Source of the DNA: Tubulanus polymorphus
Lineage: Eukaryota > Animalia > Nemertea
NCBI RefSeq assembly: GCF_964204645.1
Contig: NC_134029.1
Span: 22,438,950-22,502,949, forward strand
Length of the DNA stretch: 64,000 nucleotides
Direction of reading: 5' to 3'
This document shows, one piece after another, positions 61,491-64,000 of the stretch. How positions within the stretch are numbered: the first letter of the stretch is position 1; every line of letters begins with the position of its first letter. The notes below the pieces were generated by a model that was not told where the DNA came from, did no database searches, and saw only the letters and a program-made list of their open reading frames with translations. Made by a program: the position numbers and the translations under genes.

Positions 61491-64000
61491 TTAATATTCG
61501 AAATACATAAGATTCTCTCAGCCGATCTATTAAACCGTTATACACTCACCATACATTGAGAATCCATGAAAAGGAATGACGCCATTAGGAGGATAATTAA
61601 CGGCGAATTCATTGATTCCCAGTTTGCCTCGGATGTAAGACTTTGCCGGCGTCGCGCTCAGATTCGCGAAATGTTCCAGAACGTGAGTGTCACGAGAAAA
61701 TGGCAGCAGAACCTGAGACACAATGAATTACGTAGTAAACGAAAACAATTTTTGCAACTTTGAAATAATCGCTTCCACGAAACCGCTTAATTCGAAGCCC
61801 TACCTGATAAATATAATCTTCAAACACAAAATACTGGTCGTCGTTTGAAGCGGTTAATTTCACATCCTGAAAAGTAATTTATCAGATCGAGTATTGATAA
61901 AAATTCAGCATTTTTTACTCACATTTGTTTTGAACACTACAGGCCAGACAGTATTGATGAATGGCTAATACGCAATCATTGATTCTCGTCAGAATTCAGT
62001 AACTGAAAGCTGTTGTTATCATTAGGAATAGAACAAAAAATATCGCGCGATCAATCATAGAGGTGTCAATGAACTTAAAATCTACGGCGGAAAAGAAACA
62101 ACATCAGGGATATTGTTTTCTTGTTCAGGTAAGCAAACTTTATGAGCGCTACAACTGTTCGGTGTATGTAATATACCTTGAATATAAGAGCATCGACTAA
62201 CAAATCATGTTGTAAAAAGTAGTGCTTCAGTTGTTCGTAGTACAGCCGATCCTGAAATGAAACAGTTACAAATCTATTTATTAGTTATTTTTTTCAAGCC
62301 TTTTCCGCTTTAGATACCACAGTACCACACGGGCACGCTCCTAACAAGGTTTTTATGTGATGCCTTGATTCAAGGTGATTATTAACCCCACATCATTGAG
62401 GAGTCAGCTAAGGAGTCTTAATAAATTGCCCATGGGCAAAGTGGTTTACCTTGAATAACTGGAGCTCATTTGCCTATGAGAAATCTTTTTAATTCTAGAG
62501 TTCTAAGGTCTTCTTTATACTGTACTTTTTCTGTCAAAGAAGGAGTCTTAAAAACTCTGATTTCACAGTGAATTCCAACCTACCAAAATCTGAACACTCT
62601 GATCAAAATCTGGCACTCCTGCCTCCTTTACTTTTACAAAAGACTGCACAGTTTCAGTGCTCCTATTTAGATAACATTGTGTTGCAAAAATTAAGAGAAA
62701 TATTCTTTCAAAAAATCGATCCCAGACAAAAATAGATAGACCAGGGATTAATTAATAAGCTAGAATTTCAGGGTGACTTTGATGACAGTACAAGCACATA
62801 CATGGCTTATATTATAGGGAAAACAGGAGACTTGGATTCAATCCCGAAATTGGTAGACAGACAAAATTGACAGACAACTGCTGTAGAGATGCATATCTGA
62901 AATGAACCAACTTGAAAGTCCGATAATCTCACTTTTCGCAGCTCGATAAAAGCAGAAAATGATGATGAAAATCTACGACATCGTGACAGCGATAGATCAC
63001 GACGACGACGGCGCTCATGAGCGATGATTTTTCAGATATTTTCGAGGCGCCCCCGACGACATACCGGAATGATTCATAGTTTTCCCAAATGTCAGAAACC
63101 GAAAAAATTGTTTTTACGGAATAGAACGAAGATAGCGCCAGATCAAACGCGGTTTCGATCGATATTTACGAGCCGCGTAAAACGACTTGATTACAGCTGG
63201 TTATTCAATAACAACACTATCAATCCGAGGGAACGCGTATTTTTAACCGTAAAAATGATATCACCCACTGACCGAGACGATGACACGAAAACAGAGCAAT
63301 CATTTTTTCACGGATGTAATCATAGCGAAAACATTCAGCAAATCATTTCTGGTTTTATGAAAGAATGAGAGAATTGTAGTTGGATATTATTACCCTGGGA
63401 CGCGGGTTAATCGGTGCACTATCCTTCGCACGATCAATTGATATTTCGCAACTTCAAATTCATCATTGCCGGTGATCGATCACGACTGTTAGTGATATGG
63501 GCTCGCCAACGGCAAAATAAGGTTTATGACTAGGGATTGGCCTGCAGCACATATAGACACAAAAGGAGACAAGCGATGGTTACGAGATGGTATAAATTTT
63601 ACACAACATTTAACAATTTCATCTATGAATAATGAATGAAAAGTATTCCTTCATTCGCCGAGTTTCTTCAGCCGGGATTTAAATACTCAATGAATACAAA
63701 GCGTTTTTTAAGCGAGATAAACTTCTGAAAGCCTTTCGCGGTTTGTTGTTTGAATAAAAAACCCTAACCGCGTCTAGTTTCGGCTTAGCTCAGCGAAAAA
63801 GATTTTTTTTCGGTTTCCGGCGAAGAGTAACGCAAATTTCTATCGACTGAAGCCGACAAGTTCACGCCGCGAATGTGACTAAATATTTCAGCTTCATTCG
63901 TGGACAAGGGTGATAAATTATTTCTGTTTTCATGCTGAAGTCGGTGTCTGAAATGAAATTTTTCTGAATTATAGAATTATAGAAACCGTTGCGTAGTGAA

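Noticed and set aside
63024-63368. 114-aa ORF as a gene
   Set aside because: No recognisable domain or clear exon structure within the window.

Overview
Eukaryotic (animal, invertebrate-like) genomic DNA of moderately low GC, with GT-AG introns, (TA)n microsatellites and DNA-transposon MITEs. It is not prokaryotic, and most entries in the ORF track are non-coding. The main feature is a + strand Fe65/APBB-family adaptor gene (WW-PTB1-PTB2), which I assembled by hand from 14 phase-compatible coding exons (20665..47689, about 839 aa). Within it I found: a 6-nt microexon (37677..37682) at the same PTB1 position, with the same RER outcome and upstream UGC element, as the vertebrate neural APBB1 microexon; two homologous alternative last coding exons; an FxNPxY PTB-ligand motif in its own N-terminus; and a candidate recursive splice site upstream. 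Convergent CTCF-like motifs flank the gene. Downstream lie a ~1.41-kb tandem duplication containing two abutting PIF/Harbinger-type elements (one with a MADF remnant), a frameshifted intronless class-A GPCR pseudogene, and piggyBac-type MITEs. All coordinates were counted by eye and no database search was run.
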